NCBI GenBank assembly: GCA_900759105.1
Contig: CAAETY010000147.1
Location: 7,431-71,430 of the forward strand
Source of the DNA: Peptococcaceae bacterium
GTDB taxonomy: Bacteria > Bacillota > Peptococcia > Peptococcales > Peptococcaceae
Reading direction: 5' to 3'
Length of the DNA stretch: 64,000 bases
The notes under the pieces were generated by a model. That model was not told the DNA's origin. It made no database searches and saw nothing but the letters and a program-made list of their open reading frames with translations. A program made the translations under genes and the position numbers. Below are positions 37,075-47,069 of this stretch, piece by piece. Positions within the stretch are counted from its first letter, which is position 1. Each line of letters starts with the position of its first letter.

Positions 37075-38763
37075 TTAGCTAATTTGCTGAATAAAGAGAA
37101 TGGTTTTGTCAGCGCTCAAGGCATTTTTGCCGTAGCCGCTGATATAGTAGGAATGGTCGTTAATGCCATAGGTGCCGGCAAAATAACCATCGTCCATTCC
37201 GTAGAAATTGAACCCACTTGCATTTGCAGGGGCGTCGCCTACTTCAAGGGCAATGCCCAGCACTGCGGAAAGATCGGTCACACTCATGGATTCAGGGGCG
37301 TTTTTTATAACAAAACCCAAATCCGCCCATACCACACCGGTTGCAACAGCAGTGTTGGATGGGAAGGTTGGCATATCGGGAATTTCAACCTTATATTCCT
37401 TGTCTTCCTTATCTTCCTGCTGCTCCTGGGTGGTGCCGGTGTTTGGTTCGGTGGTAGTGGTTCCACCGGTGGTGCCGCCGTTGCCTGTGCTAGGCTCGGT
37501 GGTTGGCTCATTGGTCGTTTCACCCGGTGTAACAGGGCTGGTATTGGTAAGCGGCACAACCTTATACGCTTCGCCGTTGCTTTGATTGAGGGATACCGTA
37601 TTGTAGGAGGTGCCGGTGCTTTGCTTGAGCGGCACGGTTTCGCCGGAAAATTGAACGGCAAAGTTCCCGCCATCGGCACGGAAGATAATGTACTGGTCAT
37701 CACCCACAACACTCAAAGAGCCCGGACCGTAGGTGCCGGCAAGGTCAGCGTAGGTGCGGCCGACAATGTTAAAGGCTTCGGTGTTGACGGAAAGGCTGTG
37801 GGTCATGGTGCCGTCCTGCCCCACACGACCGGCAATATAACCGGATTCAAACGCCGGATTGGTAATAAGCCCACCATTTGCATCCTTGCTATCGGCCAAC
37901 TGAATGGTATCGGCATTTACAAGCACAAAGGTATAGGTGCTACCGGTTTCATCCTCGAAAATGTATTGGTTATCCTTGAAATTGAGCTGGTAAACCTTAT
38001 CCTCGATAGTCCAACGATAGCGACGGGTACCGATTTTTTCAATCACACTACCGGTGTTGTAGTGACGCCAATGCCCAACAATGGTATCTTCGGCAAGACT
38101 GGTATCCGGTGCGACAGTATCTGCATTTTTGACCTGAGCAGCCGGATCTACCGGCGCATTATTGCCAAAATGGCTGCTAAAAAGATAAACCGCTGCCAAT
38201 GCGGCGAAGACAATCCCGACAACAAGCGCGGCAATGGTCAGGATTTTTTTGCGCTTTTCGGGACTCATCCTTTTTATCAGTGGCTCCTCGATAGAAGAAA
38301 TATCAATATCATCGAGTGCCACTTCCTCATCAGAAACGGCATCATTTTCATCAAGGGCATCGTGTGGGATAGCATCTTTATCGGACGCTTCTAAAGTATC
38401 ATCATCGGCGTCAGCAAGGGTATCCTCTAAGATAGCATCCTCGTTGGAACTATCCAATGAGGCATCTTCGCTTACGGCGTCATCGATTTCAGCGGTCGCT
38501 GTATCGGTGGTAAGGTCGTCAGCCATTTCATTTTCCGGAGTGGCAATGTATGCGTCAATCGCATCCGGTGTTTCTTCGGCGTCCTCCGAAGGGGTATCTA
38601 TATCGTTGGCACTGCTTGCTTGATTGGATTCAGCCTCATCATGCAAATCCTCAAGCGGTGGCATGACACGGGTCAAATCACTGACCGACTCATCGAGCGG
38701 CTTGCCGCATTTGGTGCAAAAGAGCCCGTCTTGGTCTTCTGCCTGACAGTGTGGACATTTCAT
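37075..38763 (-). CDS. zinc-ribbon / acidic-linker / single-TM membrane protein with a large extracytoplasmic domain
   Basis: MKCPHCQ...CTKCG zinc ribbon, a roughly 150-aa Asp/Glu-rich disordered linker, the TM helix ILTIAALVVGIVFAALAAVYLF, and a 370-aa outside domain containing a Thr/Gly-rich linker. Confidence 0.55.
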   Translation of the reverse strand: MKCPHCQAEDQDGLFCTKCGKPLDESVSDLTRVMPPLEDLHDEAESNQASSANDIDTPSEDAEETPDAIDAYIATPENEMADDLTTDTATAEIDDAVSEDASLDSSNEDAILEDTLADADDDTLEASDKDAIPHDALDENDAVSDEEVALDDIDISSIEEPLIKRMSPEKRKKILTIAALVVGIVFAALAAVYLFSSHFGNNAPVDPAAQVKNADTVAPDTSLAEDTIVGHWRHYNTGSVIEKIGTRRYRWTIEDKVYQLNFKDNQYIFEDETGSTYTFVLVNADTIQLADSKDANGGLITNPAFESGYIAGRVGQDGTMTHSLSVNTEAFNIVGRTYADLAGTYGPGSLSVVGDDQYIIFRADGGNFAVQFSGETVPLKQSTGTSYNTVSLNQSNGEAYKVVPLTNTSPVTPGETTNEPTTEPSTGNGGTTGGTTTTEPNTGTTQEQQEDKEDKEYKVEIPDMPTFPSNTAVATGVVWADLGFVIKNAPESMSVTDLSAVLGIALEVGDAPANASGFNFYGMDDGYFAGTYGINDHSYYISGYGKNALSADKTILFIQQIS

Positions 38764-38960
38764 TGTATCATCTCCTTTGGTAAAGAGAACGTATTTAATC
38801 ACTTCATTATCCCAAAAAGTGACACTTATCGCAAGAGCCTATTATATTGGGATATGGTAAAAACAAGAAGACACTGCCTAGAGGTTTTTCTTGTGCTATA
38901 ATGAAAGCATAATACATAAAGCGCGCCGCCTGCACGACGCGGAAGGAAGGAGATTCTTTT

Positions 38961-39611
38961 ATGAACGAAGAAAAAACCCCGATGTCCTGTATTGATTGTC
39001 ACGTGCTCCATTGCCGTTACCCGGAAAAAGGCGAAGCACCGAAATTTTGCCTCACCGAAAATATTCCGGCGGAAACCCAACAACGTGCCATGGATTACCT
39101 CATGAGTCCGGAGGACAACCGTATCGCTGTCGCTGCCGCTGAAGTAGAATATGAAGGCTACTGCAAACGCACCCGCGTAGAAGAAATCATCGAATTTGCC
39201 AAAAAGATAGGCGCCAAAAAGCTTGGCATCGCAACCTGCATGGGCCTCATCGACGAAGCACAAATTCTGGCAAAAATTCTCCGCGCCAACGGTTTTGAAG
39301 TATATGGCGTAATCTGCAAAGTAGGCTCCAACAAAAAGAGCAGCATCGGCATCCCGGTAGAATGCGAAGAAATCGGGCCATACATGTGTAACCCTGTGCT
39401 CCAAGCCGAAGCATTGAACGACGCCAACACCGACCTCAACATCATCAATGGCCTCTGCGTTGGCCACGACAGCCTCTTTATCAAACACTCCAACGCCATC
39501 GTTACCACCGTTGTAACCAAAGACCGCGTACTCGGCCACAACCCATGCGTGGCACTCTATCAAGCAGACAAATACTTCAAGAAAAAATTCTTCCCTGAAG
39601 AAAACAAGTAA
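38961..39611 (+). CDS. Cys-rich putative metal-binding protein (DUF1847-like)
   Basis: 216 aa; strong RBS GGAAGGAGG; Cys-rich N-terminus CIDCHVLHC. Confidence 0.4.
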   Translation: MNEEKTPMSCIDCHVLHCRYPEKGEAPKFCLTENIPAETQQRAMDYLMSPEDNRIAVAAAEVEYEGYCKRTRVEEIIEFAKKIGAKKLGIATCMGLIDEAQILAKILRANGFEVYGVICKVGSNKKSSIGIPVECEEIGPYMCNPVLQAEALNDANTDLNIINGLCVGHDSLFIKHSNAIVTTVVTKDRVLGHNPCVALYQADKYFKKKFFPEENK

Positions 39612-40073
39612 TTGACAGAAGGAAGGGCTGACAGCATGCATTACAAAAATGCGACGATGGATGATTTTGATGTGGCGTTTGATTATATCGAAAAGCTCTG
39701 GACCTACAACACCTACGACAAGGATGTGATTCGTAAGGTGTATGCCGATGTGCTTAACGATGCCGATAGCTTTGCGTTCTTTCTTGTAGACGATGAAGGA
39801 GGCTATCACGGTTTTTGTCACGGCACCTATTTTAATACGTTCTGGCTTTCAGGCATGACCTGCTATGTTTCCAGTATTATCACCAATGAAGATGAACGTG
39901 GACAAGGCAACGGCATCAAGCTCATGGACCATGCTCGCGATCTTGCCAAGGAACGCGGCTGCAAAGGCCTTGTGCTCGATAGTGGCATGCCACGCACCCA
40001 AGCCCATCGCTTTTATGAAAAATACGGCTTCGAAAAAAGCTGTTACGGCTTTGACTATTACTTGGAGCCATAA
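39612..40073 (+). CDS. GNAT family N-acetyltransferase
   Basis: Acetyl-CoA-binding motif (R/Q)GQGNGIKLM and GNAT core; the start may be at 39636. Confidence 0.75.
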   Translation: MTEGRADSMHYKNATMDDFDVAFDYIEKLWTYNTYDKDVIRKVYADVLNDADSFAFFLVDDEGGYHGFCHGTYFNTFWLSGMTCYVSSIITNEDERGQGNGIKLMDHARDLAKERGCKGLVLDSGMPRTQAHRFYEKYGFEKSCYGFDYYLEP

Positions 40074-40120
40074 TGAACGACACCCCACCATGCGCCACAT
40101 GGTGGGGTGTTTTGTTGGAG

Positions 40121-41416
40121 CTATTTTTCCAAACTTTTTTCATCCAAGAGAAAATCGTAAATATTCATGGTAAGAATACCTTTTTCATCGTAATAAGTTG
40201 GGACGATATCTTTGGTAATAACAATTTTTTTGAAGGAGTCGTCAATTTTTTTGAAGGGACGAATTTCTTGGGTCCGCTTGGCATTATCCGGCAAGGCGTA
40301 GGCGGATTGGATGTAATAGCGTTCAGAGCCGAGGTTACAGACAAAGTCAATTTCCAATTGTTTACGCACGTTGTTGCCGTTTTCATTTTTTTCACTGGTT
40401 TCTACCACACCGATATCTACTTGATAGCCACGCATTCGGAGTTCGTTATAAATGACGTTTTCCATCGTGTGGGTTTGCTCAAATTGACGGAAGTTGATGC
40501 GAGCGTTGCGCAAGCCGAGGTCAGAGAAATAGTATTTTTTGGGTGTTTCTATATAAGCCTTGCCCTTGATATCATAGCGCATGGTGGCTTCAATGAGAAA
40601 AGAATCCTCAAAGTAATTTAGGTATTTTTTAAGGGTGTTTGCGGTTACCTTAACATTTTCCCTGCTTTTGAAGGTTTTTTCGAGTTTGGTAGGATTGGTG
40701 AGAGCCCCGATTGATGATGAGAGGATACTGAGAAGGTCTTCTAAGATATCCGGATTTTTCACACGATGGCGTTTGGTAATGTCACGCAGATAGATCTCAT
40801 CAAAGAGATTTTGTAGAGTAGCTGCCTTGTCAGCAGTGTCTTCGCGGAGTACTACCATCGGAATGCCACCGTAGAGCATATAATCACTGAGACCCATGTA
40901 GCGGTCACCCGGATATACACTCATAAATTCCGAAAAACTCAGTGGGTACATATGAATTTCATCACCACGCCCGGCAAATTCGGTGATGATATCTTTAGAA
41001 AGAAATTTGGCGTTGCTGCCGGTAACAAAGACGTCTATGTTATCCTTGCGAAGATAGCCGTTGAGAACACTTTCAAAGCAATCGAGAAGCTGGACTTCAT
41101 CCAAGAGAAGATAATACATGGCATCATCAGTTATTTTGCTTTGGATGTAGGACATGAATTTTTCCGGATTGGCGCCACGTTTTTCTTTTTCGAGCTTGAT
41201 GAGGCTATCTCCCATAGCACTAATATCCTCTGCGGCGTCAAAAGCAAAGCGGATAATGTGATCTGCAGGGACACCACTCTCCAAAAGGTGATGATAGAAG
41301 AGGGTGTTGAGCAAATAGGATTTACCACAGCGGCGAATACCGGTGATGATTTTAATGAGCCCATTACCCTTTTTTTGAATGAGCTTATTGAGGTATAAAT
41401 CGCGTTGTATTTCCAT
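40121..41416 (-). CDS. AAA+ ATP-binding protein (AAA_14 N-domain plus DUF4143 C-domain)
   Basis: Walker A GIRRCGKSYLL and Walker B LLLDEVQ; start assigned to MEIQRD with an AGGAGG RBS. Confidence 0.7.
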   Translation of the reverse strand: MEIQRDLYLNKLIQKKGNGLIKIITGIRRCGKSYLLNTLFYHHLLESGVPADHIIRFAFDAAEDISAMGDSLIKLEKEKRGANPEKFMSYIQSKITDDAMYYLLLDEVQLLDCFESVLNGYLRKDNIDVFVTGSNAKFLSKDIITEFAGRGDEIHMYPLSFSEFMSVYPGDRYMGLSDYMLYGGIPMVVLREDTADKAATLQNLFDEIYLRDITKRHRVKNPDILEDLLSILSSSIGALTNPTKLEKTFKSRENVKVTANTLKKYLNYFEDSFLIEATMRYDIKGKAYIETPKKYYFSDLGLRNARINFRQFEQTHTMENVIYNELRMRGYQVDIGVVETSEKNENGNNVRKQLEIDFVCNLGSERYYIQSAYALPDNAKRTQEIRPFKKIDDSFKKIVITKDIVPTYYDEKGILTMNIYDFLLDEKSLEK

Positions 41417-41547
41417 GAAAAGCCTCCTGTTTAGAAAGGATTTTTGCAACTAATTGCACTTTTGCTTCCTAAAACCACTTATTCGTATTGCTTTGACATC
41501 AAAAAAGACCATTCCGCGGGGAATGGTCTTTGTGATGAGAGGTATGA

Positions 41548-42759
41548 TTATGCCAATTTTTTGTCGAGGCATGCAGCGATGGCATCGAGGAATTGTTCGG
41601 AGTTTACTGCGTGCTTGTTTTCGATGGTGGAGAGGCCCATGAGGTCTTTGGTCATGGTGCCGTTTTCGATGGTTTCGATGGTTGCTGCTTCTAAGGCATC
41701 GGCAAATTTTTGTAAGTCTTCGAGGCCGTCTTTTTCGCCACGCTTGCGGAGGGCACCGGTCCAAGCAAAGATGGTTGCCACGGAGTTGGTGGAAGTTTCT
41801 TCACCTTTGAGGTGCTTGTAGTAGTGGCGTTGTACGGTGCCGTGTGCTGCTTCGTATTCGTAGTCGCCATCTGGGCTAACGAGGACGGAGGTCATCATAG
41901 CAAGGCTGCCGAATGCGGTTGCAACGAGGTCGCTCATGACGTCGCCATCGTAGTTTTTGCAAGCCCAGATAAAGCCACCTTCGCTACGTACAACACGTGC
42001 TACAGCGTCATCAATGAGGGTGTAGAAGTATTCAATGCCTGCTTCGTCAAAGCGTGCTTTGTAGTCGCGGTCAAATACTTCTTGGAAGATGTCTTTGAAG
42101 CGGTGGTCGTAGATTTTGGAGATGGTGTCCTTGGTTGCAAACCAAACGTCTTGCTTGGTGTCGAGGGCATAGGTAAATACAGCATTGGCAAAGCTTTCGA
42201 TGGAAGCATCGCGGTTGTGCATCCCTTGGATAACGCCCGGTGCGCTAAAGGTGAAGATTTCTTTTTCATCGGTGCGGCCGTCTTCGTATTCTACCTTGAG
42301 GCTTGCCTTGGCAGGGCCGTCAACGCGGAGTTCGCTGTTTTTGTAAACGTCGCCGTAAGCGTGACGCGCAACGGTGATTGGTGCTTTCCAAGTGCGTACG
42401 AATGGGTGGATGCCGTCAACCAGGATTGGGGCACGGAATACGGTGCCGTCCAAGATGGCACGGATGGTGCCGTTAGGGCTCTTCCACATTTCCTTGAGAT
42501 TGTATTCTTTAACGCGTGCAGCGTTTGGGGTGATGGTCGCACATTTTACACCAACGCCGTATTTTTTGATGGCATTAGCAGCATCAACGGTTACTTGGTC
42601 GTTAGTTTGTTCGCGATATTCCAAACCGAGGTCATAGTATTCGGTCTTGAGGTCCACATAAGGGAGGATGAGCTTGTCCTTAATCCAAGCCCAAAGGATA
42701 CGGGTCATTTCGTCGCCATCCATTTCGACAAGCGGCGTGGTCATTTTAATTTTTTCCAT
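41548..42759 (-). CDS. icd: NADP-dependent isocitrate dehydrogenase (eukaryotic-type, IDH1/2-like)
   Basis: About 403 aa; the N-terminus [13 protein letters not shown] matches the monomer-type IDH family. Confidence 0.9.
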   Translation of the reverse strand: MEKIKMTTPLVEMDGDEMTRILWAWIKDKLILPYVDLKTEYYDLGLEYREQTNDQVTVDAANAIKKYGVGVKCATITPNAARVKEYNLKEMWKSPNGTIRAILDGTVFRAPILVDGIHPFVRTWKAPITVARHAYGDVYKNSELRVDGPAKASLKVEYEDGRTDEKEIFTFSAPGVIQGMHNRDASIESFANAVFTYALDTKQDVWFATKDTISKIYDHRFKDIFQEVFDRDYKARFDEAGIEYFYTLIDDAVARVVRSEGGFIWACKNYDGDVMSDLVATAFGSLAMMTSVLVSPDGDYEYEAAHGTVQRHYYKHLKGEETSTNSVATIFAWTGALRKRGEKDGLEDLQKFADALEAATIETIENGTMTKDLMGLSTIENKHAVNSEQFLDAIAACLDKKLA

Positions 42760-42946
42760 CAATGAAAGACTCCTTTATCATAGTATTAACTTCATTTTAC
42801 TGTAATGGTAGGGGTTGGTGCAACTGCCAGAAAAGCACTTTTATTATTTCCGTAAGATGTTATAATTTAATTGATACCCCGCTTTTGCAATTAAGGGTAA
42901 ATGAGGACGGATGACGTGGTGTGTGACAATGACAGGAGGGTCATTG

Positions 42947-44155
42947 ATGAAAATGATAAAGAGCAAAAAATTATTGGCTGCAACCTTGGCGTTTTCCTTG
43001 ATGCTGACAAGCGCACCGGCGTTTGCTATGGAACAAGAGGCGTCGGTAGAGCCATCGACAGAAACGCAAACACCGGACCAATCCGAGGCTCAAGCGCCGG
43101 AAGTGACCTTGACCGTTCCGGCCTACAGCGATGGTCACTACGAAATGGATGGCACAATGGTTGTTAGTGGGCTCCTGCTGGTCAATAAACAATATTCCTT
43201 ACCGGCGGCGTATGCGCCAAGTCATGCCGGTGGTGCCGGTCAAAGCTCAGCCCTTTACGGCGAGGCCAATCAAGCGTTGCAGCGCTTTTTGGCAGATTGC
43301 AATGCGCAAGGCAACAGCATGTATGTGCTCAGCGCTTACCGCAGCTATAATGTACAATCCTGGCTTTTCCAAAATTACGCAGCGATGCACGGCACCGACA
43401 AAGCCAATACATTTTCTGCACGTGCCGGTCAAAGCGAACACCAAAGCGGACTTTCTTTTGACGTGGGGGATGCTCGTTACAGCGGACACAATTTGCAAAT
43501 CAGCATTGAACAATTTCCCGGTGTGCAATGGATGATGAAGCATTGCGCCGATTATGGGTTTATCTTGCGTTTTCCTAAAGGCAAGGAAAATATTACCGGC
43601 TATCAATATGAGCCATGGCATTTCCGCTATGTGGGCGTAAAAGCGGCGCAGGAAATTAAAGCGAGTGGTTTAACCTTAGAAGAATTCATCGGTGCCGTAG
43701 GGGATCGTAAGATTGCCCTCGGTCATAGCGATAACAATATGCACATTGACGGCGAGGGTAGCAAGGTATCCAGTTATACCATCGACCAATTGAACTATTT
43801 CCGTTTGCGCGATTTGGCTACCATCTTAAAGGGTACCGACGTTGCCTTTGAAGTGGGCTACGATGCGGAAAAGAAATTGATTTCCATTACCAGCCACACC
43901 GATTATACCGATAATCCAACCTTGATTCGTTTGGATCGCAACGATATTGCCGTGCCAAACACCTTGTCTGTCATGGTGGATGGGAAAATTGTGCAGCCAA
44001 AGGCCTACACGGTAGACGGCTTTACCTATTTTAAGCTTCGTGATTTGGGTGATTTATTGGGCTTTGGCGTATCTTGGGACAGCACGCTTCGCAGTATGGT
44101 GATTGATACCAAAGGAGCGCCACCAATTAAAAGCTTGATTGACGTAGAACAATGA
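42947..44155 (+). CDS. peptidase M15 (VanY-like D-Ala-D-Ala carboxypeptidase) with two C-terminal copper-amine-oxidase-N (stalk) domains
   Basis: Signal peptide; S-x-H-x2-G-x-A-x-D and EPWH zinc-site motifs; C-terminal repeats LNYFRLRDLATIL / FTYFKLRDLGDLLG. Confidence 0.75.
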   Translation: MKMIKSKKLLAATLAFSLMLTSAPAFAMEQEASVEPSTETQTPDQSEAQAPEVTLTVPAYSDGHYEMDGTMVVSGLLLVNKQYSLPAAYAPSHAGGAGQSSALYGEANQALQRFLADCNAQGNSMYVLSAYRSYNVQSWLFQNYAAMHGTDKANTFSARAGQSEHQSGLSFDVGDARYSGHNLQISIEQFPGVQWMMKHCADYGFILRFPKGKENITGYQYEPWHFRYVGVKAAQEIKASGLTLEEFIGAVGDRKIALGHSDNNMHIDGEGSKVSSYTIDQLNYFRLRDLATILKGTDVAFEVGYDAEKKLISITSHTDYTDNPTLIRLDRNDIAVPNTLSVMVDGKIVQPKAYTVDGFTYFKLRDLGDLLGFGVSWDSTLRSMVIDTKGAPPIKSLIDVEQ

Positions 44156-44217
44156 AGAAACGTCCACACGTTAGTGGATAAAAGCATACGATGTTTCAAT
44201 AGAAAGGATGAATAGAC

Positions 44218-44796
44218 TTGTTTGAACTCGAACACATTGCACAGGAGTTGGAAACCATTTTGCAAGAAATGGTGGAACGCCAAGCCCCTCAAGATGATGA
44301 TATCCTTGTGATTGGCTGCTCAACCAGCGAAGTTATCGGCAAACGTATCGGCAAGGCAGGGAGTCCGGAGGTAGCGGCAGAGCTGTTCCCGGTATTGCGT
44401 CGCTTTGCAGCCGACCATCATTTGCACCTTGCTTTTCAATGCTGTGAACACTTAAACCGCAGTCTTGTGGTGGAACGTGAAACCATGCGCCGCTTTGGAT
44501 TAACTGAAGTGAGTGCGGTGCCACACTACCATGCCGGCGGTTCAATGAGTAGCCATGCCTATCGCCATATGACCAACCCGGTATTGGTAGAAGGGGTGCA
44601 AGCAGGCTATGGCCTTGATATCGGCGAAACCATGATTGGTATGCATATGCGCCCGGTAGCGGTACCAATGCGCTTGGCACATCGTAGCATTGGCGAAGCC
44701 CGTGCCAACCCTAGCTTCTCTCGCCCACGCTTGATTGGTGGGGTGCGTGCACGCTACACCTTAGAAGACGCCGACGCTTTCGGAAAAGAAGACTAA
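44218..44796 (+). CDS. TIGR01440/DUF436 family protein
   Basis: 192 aa; conserved GCSTSEV...CCEHLNR pattern of this Firmicutes family. Confidence 0.55.
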   Translation: MFELEHIAQELETILQEMVERQAPQDDDILVIGCSTSEVIGKRIGKAGSPEVAAELFPVLRRFAADHHLHLAFQCCEHLNRSLVVERETMRRFGLTEVSAVPHYHAGGSMSSHAYRHMTNPVLVEGVQAGYGLDIGETMIGMHMRPVAVPMRLAHRSIGEARANPSFSRPRLIGGVRARYTLEDADAFGKED

Positions 44797-44799
44797 GTA

Positions 44800-44843
44800 A
44801 AATAGCCTATCCGTGCGCATATCAGCGCGGATAGGCTATTTTT
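44800..44843 (+). terminator. rho-independent terminator
   Basis: AATAGCCTATCCGTGCGC...GCGCGGATAGGCTATT hairpin followed by a T6 run. Confidence 0.85.
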
Positions 44844-45069
44844 TATGGGCATGAAAAAAATGACGGCTTAGGAAGTGTTTTCTAAGCCGCCGCTTTTAAA
44901 TGCAATATATGGGTGTGCCATCGGGTGGGTCCGATGGCAGTCACCCCAAAAGACTCTTGGCACAATTGAGTATGACTGCGTTTCTGTGTGTGTTGTATCT
45001 ATTATAGAAAGGATGCAGTTATAGGGTCTGTGAAGGATGTGCCGAGAGAAATAGGAAAATCGGATGATA

Positions 45070-45128
45070 TTGACACTATTATACGGTTTTCCTATACTAT
45101 ATTTAGTATAACCCGTTCACCCGTGAAC
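45070..45128 (+). promoter_or_regulatory. promoter TTGACA-N17-TATACT with two palindromic operators (TATACTA-TATT-TAGTATA; GTTCAC-CC-GTGAAC)
   Basis: Perfect 7-4-7 and 6-2-6 inverted repeats overlapping or just downstream of the -10 box, upstream of the MerR-family gene. Confidence 0.5.
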
Positions 45129-45157
45129 GAATCAAGATAAATTACGAGGATTATGCT

Positions 45158-45961
45158 ATGGATACCAAAAATTTATACCAAATTTCAGAGGTCGCGCATG
45201 CTTGCAATGTGTTGCGCAGTACCATTTTGCGTATGGAAGAAAAAGGTTTGCTGCATCCGTTTTATGTATCAGCGGAAAGCGGAAGGCGGTATTACGATAA
45301 CTATGATATTGCCAAGATTAATCACGTTGAGTATTTCAAGGAAATGGGCATGACGACAGAAGAAATTCGAATGTATTACACATCAAGTGATGGAGAGCAT
45401 GAAGTTTTGGCGCATTTGGAGGATAAACTTTATCTTTTGCAGCGCAGTGTCGAAGAAATGCGCTTGCGTGTGAACAGAACCGAAGACATGCTGGTGCAGT
45501 TGATTGACATGCCGACAGAATATTGCTGTGTGCAGCACAGCGAAGGCCGAACCTCACTTGATGTGAAAAAAACAGTGGATGCTTTCTGTAAATCGTGCAT
45601 CAAGCGTGGGGTGGTTATTGCACGGCGGCCGATGTTTGCGGTGCTCGAGAGTGATGTGTATATAACCAGAAATTTTGGCCAAGATCTATTTCCGTTTCAG
45701 GTCTGTATTCCCGTGGTACCGGAAAAGGCACCTGACGATGCGGTGGTGTTTCCGGCGTGCAAGGCATTGTCGGTCATTTATTATGGGGATTATCGCCGAA
45801 GCAACGACGCCTGGGAAAGATTGGTACAGGAGCTCAAGGCACGTGACTTGACGCCACAGGGATGGCCGCGGTCCATCGGCTTGGTAGCAGATTATTCGGG
45901 GCGAGAGCTTAAACGCGAGCGTTGGTGTACGCGCATTGCGGTGCCGGTGAGTGAGCCTTGA
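45158..45961 (+). CDS. MerR-family transcriptional regulator with C-terminal GyrI-like effector-binding domain (BmrR-like)
   Basis: N-terminal MerR HTH (YQISEVAHACNVLRSTILRMEEKGLL) and about 150 aa of GyrI-like C-terminal domain. Confidence 0.75.
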   Translation: MDTKNLYQISEVAHACNVLRSTILRMEEKGLLHPFYVSAESGRRYYDNYDIAKINHVEYFKEMGMTTEEIRMYYTSSDGEHEVLAHLEDKLYLLQRSVEEMRLRVNRTEDMLVQLIDMPTEYCCVQHSEGRTSLDVKKTVDAFCKSCIKRGVVIARRPMFAVLESDVYITRNFGQDLFPFQVCIPVVPEKAPDDAVVFPACKALSVIYYGDYRRSNDAWERLVQELKARDLTPQGWPRSIGLVADYSGRELKRERWCTRIAVPVSEP

Positions 45962-46082
45962 AAAGGACAGTGCTAAAATATATTGCGTCAATGAAGAAAT
46001 TGTTGTATGTCCCACCACCTTTCTATAGTATAATGAACGAAGAAATATTACTGCATATATCATAATTTGAGGAGGAATTTAT

Positions 46083-47069
46083 ATGTCAAATTATTCGCGT
46101 AAGCTTCCACGTGCTGAACTGAAAGCGGAAGCTAAGCAAGTGTTGCGACCGAACTGGGCAACGGTTTTGCTCGTCACACTAATCTACATGATTTTCATGG
46201 GCGTGGACAGCTATACCTATTCCCGTTATATTCCGGGAACCGAAAATGTCGCATCCTATTCTGTATCCGGTGCGGCAGGCATGTATGCGAGCTATATTGG
46301 TGAAAATATTGATATTGGTCGCATGCTGATTGGTGTACTCATTGCAATTGTTTCTGCTCTTTTGATTCAAGGGGTTATGGGCTATTGCTATACGGCGTTC
46401 TTTATTCGCATGGCAGAACACAAGGGCCAAAAAATAACCTTCGGGACCTTTGTGGAAGGATTTACCGATGCGGTTAAAGCCATTTTGGCATTTATTTGGC
46501 AATATATTTGGATTGCGATTTGGGGATTAACCGCTGTTCCGGGCGTTGTTTTATTGATGATTGGCGTTTTTGGCATTGTGGTGCCACAAGAAAACAACGG
46601 TGCATTGACTGCCATGGTGATTATTGGCATATTGCTGATCATTGCTTCAGCGGTGCTAATGACCATTGTGACCTTGCGCTACATGTTTATGTACCAAGTG
46701 ATTGCTGATGGTCGTGGCAAAGTTGGCGCACGTCAATCCATGCGTTACTCCATTGCGATTGCTAAAAACAATATTTGGGATCTCTTTGTGTTGATTCTCT
46801 CTTTCTTCCCATGGTTGCTTTTGAGTGTGTGCCTTTTCGGCTTGCCGTTCTTCTATGTCTTGCCTTATATGGAAGCGACCTATGCAGTTAGCTACCAATG
46901 GCTCCGCGATGAAGCGTTCCGTGCCGGTCGCTTGGACCCTGCGGCGCTGGGCTATGTTGCACAAGCCACTGCACCGGCGGTTGAAGTGCCACAAGCAATG
47001 CAAACACCAATGGCGACTGAAACACCGCTTGCCAATGAAGAGGCGAGCGATATGAAGGAGGACGAATAA
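46083..47069 (+). CDS. DUF975-like polytopic membrane protein
   Basis: 328 aa; about 6 TM helices; Ala/Pro-rich C-terminal tail. Confidence 0.45.
   Translation: MSNYSRKLPRAELKAEAKQVLRPNWATVLLVTLIYMIFMGVDSYTYSRYIPGTENVASYSVSGAAGMYASYIGENIDIGRMLIGVLIAIVSALLIQGVMGYCYTAFFIRMAEHKGQKITFGTFVEGFTDAVKAILAFIWQYIWIAIWGLTAVPGVVLLMIGVFGIVVPQENNGALTAMVIIGILLIIASAVLMTIVTLRYMFMYQVIADGRGKVGARQSMRYSIAIAKNNIWDLFVLILSFFPWLLLSVCLFGLPFFYVLPYMEATYAVSYQWLRDEAFRAGRLDPAALGYVAQATAPAVEVPQAMQTPMATETPLANEEASDMKEDE

Noticed and set aside
37006-38394. 462-aa plus-strand ORF
   Set aside because: It is antisense to the zinc-ribbon membrane protein gene. The sequence is Gly-rich and low-complexity, with no RBS.
38826-39821. 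331-aa minus-strand ORF
   Set aside because: It is antisense to the Cys-rich protein and GNAT genes on the plus strand. Those genes have strong RBSs and recognisable motifs, and this ORF has neither.
41812-42765. 317-aa plus-strand ORF
   Set aside because: It is antisense to icd.
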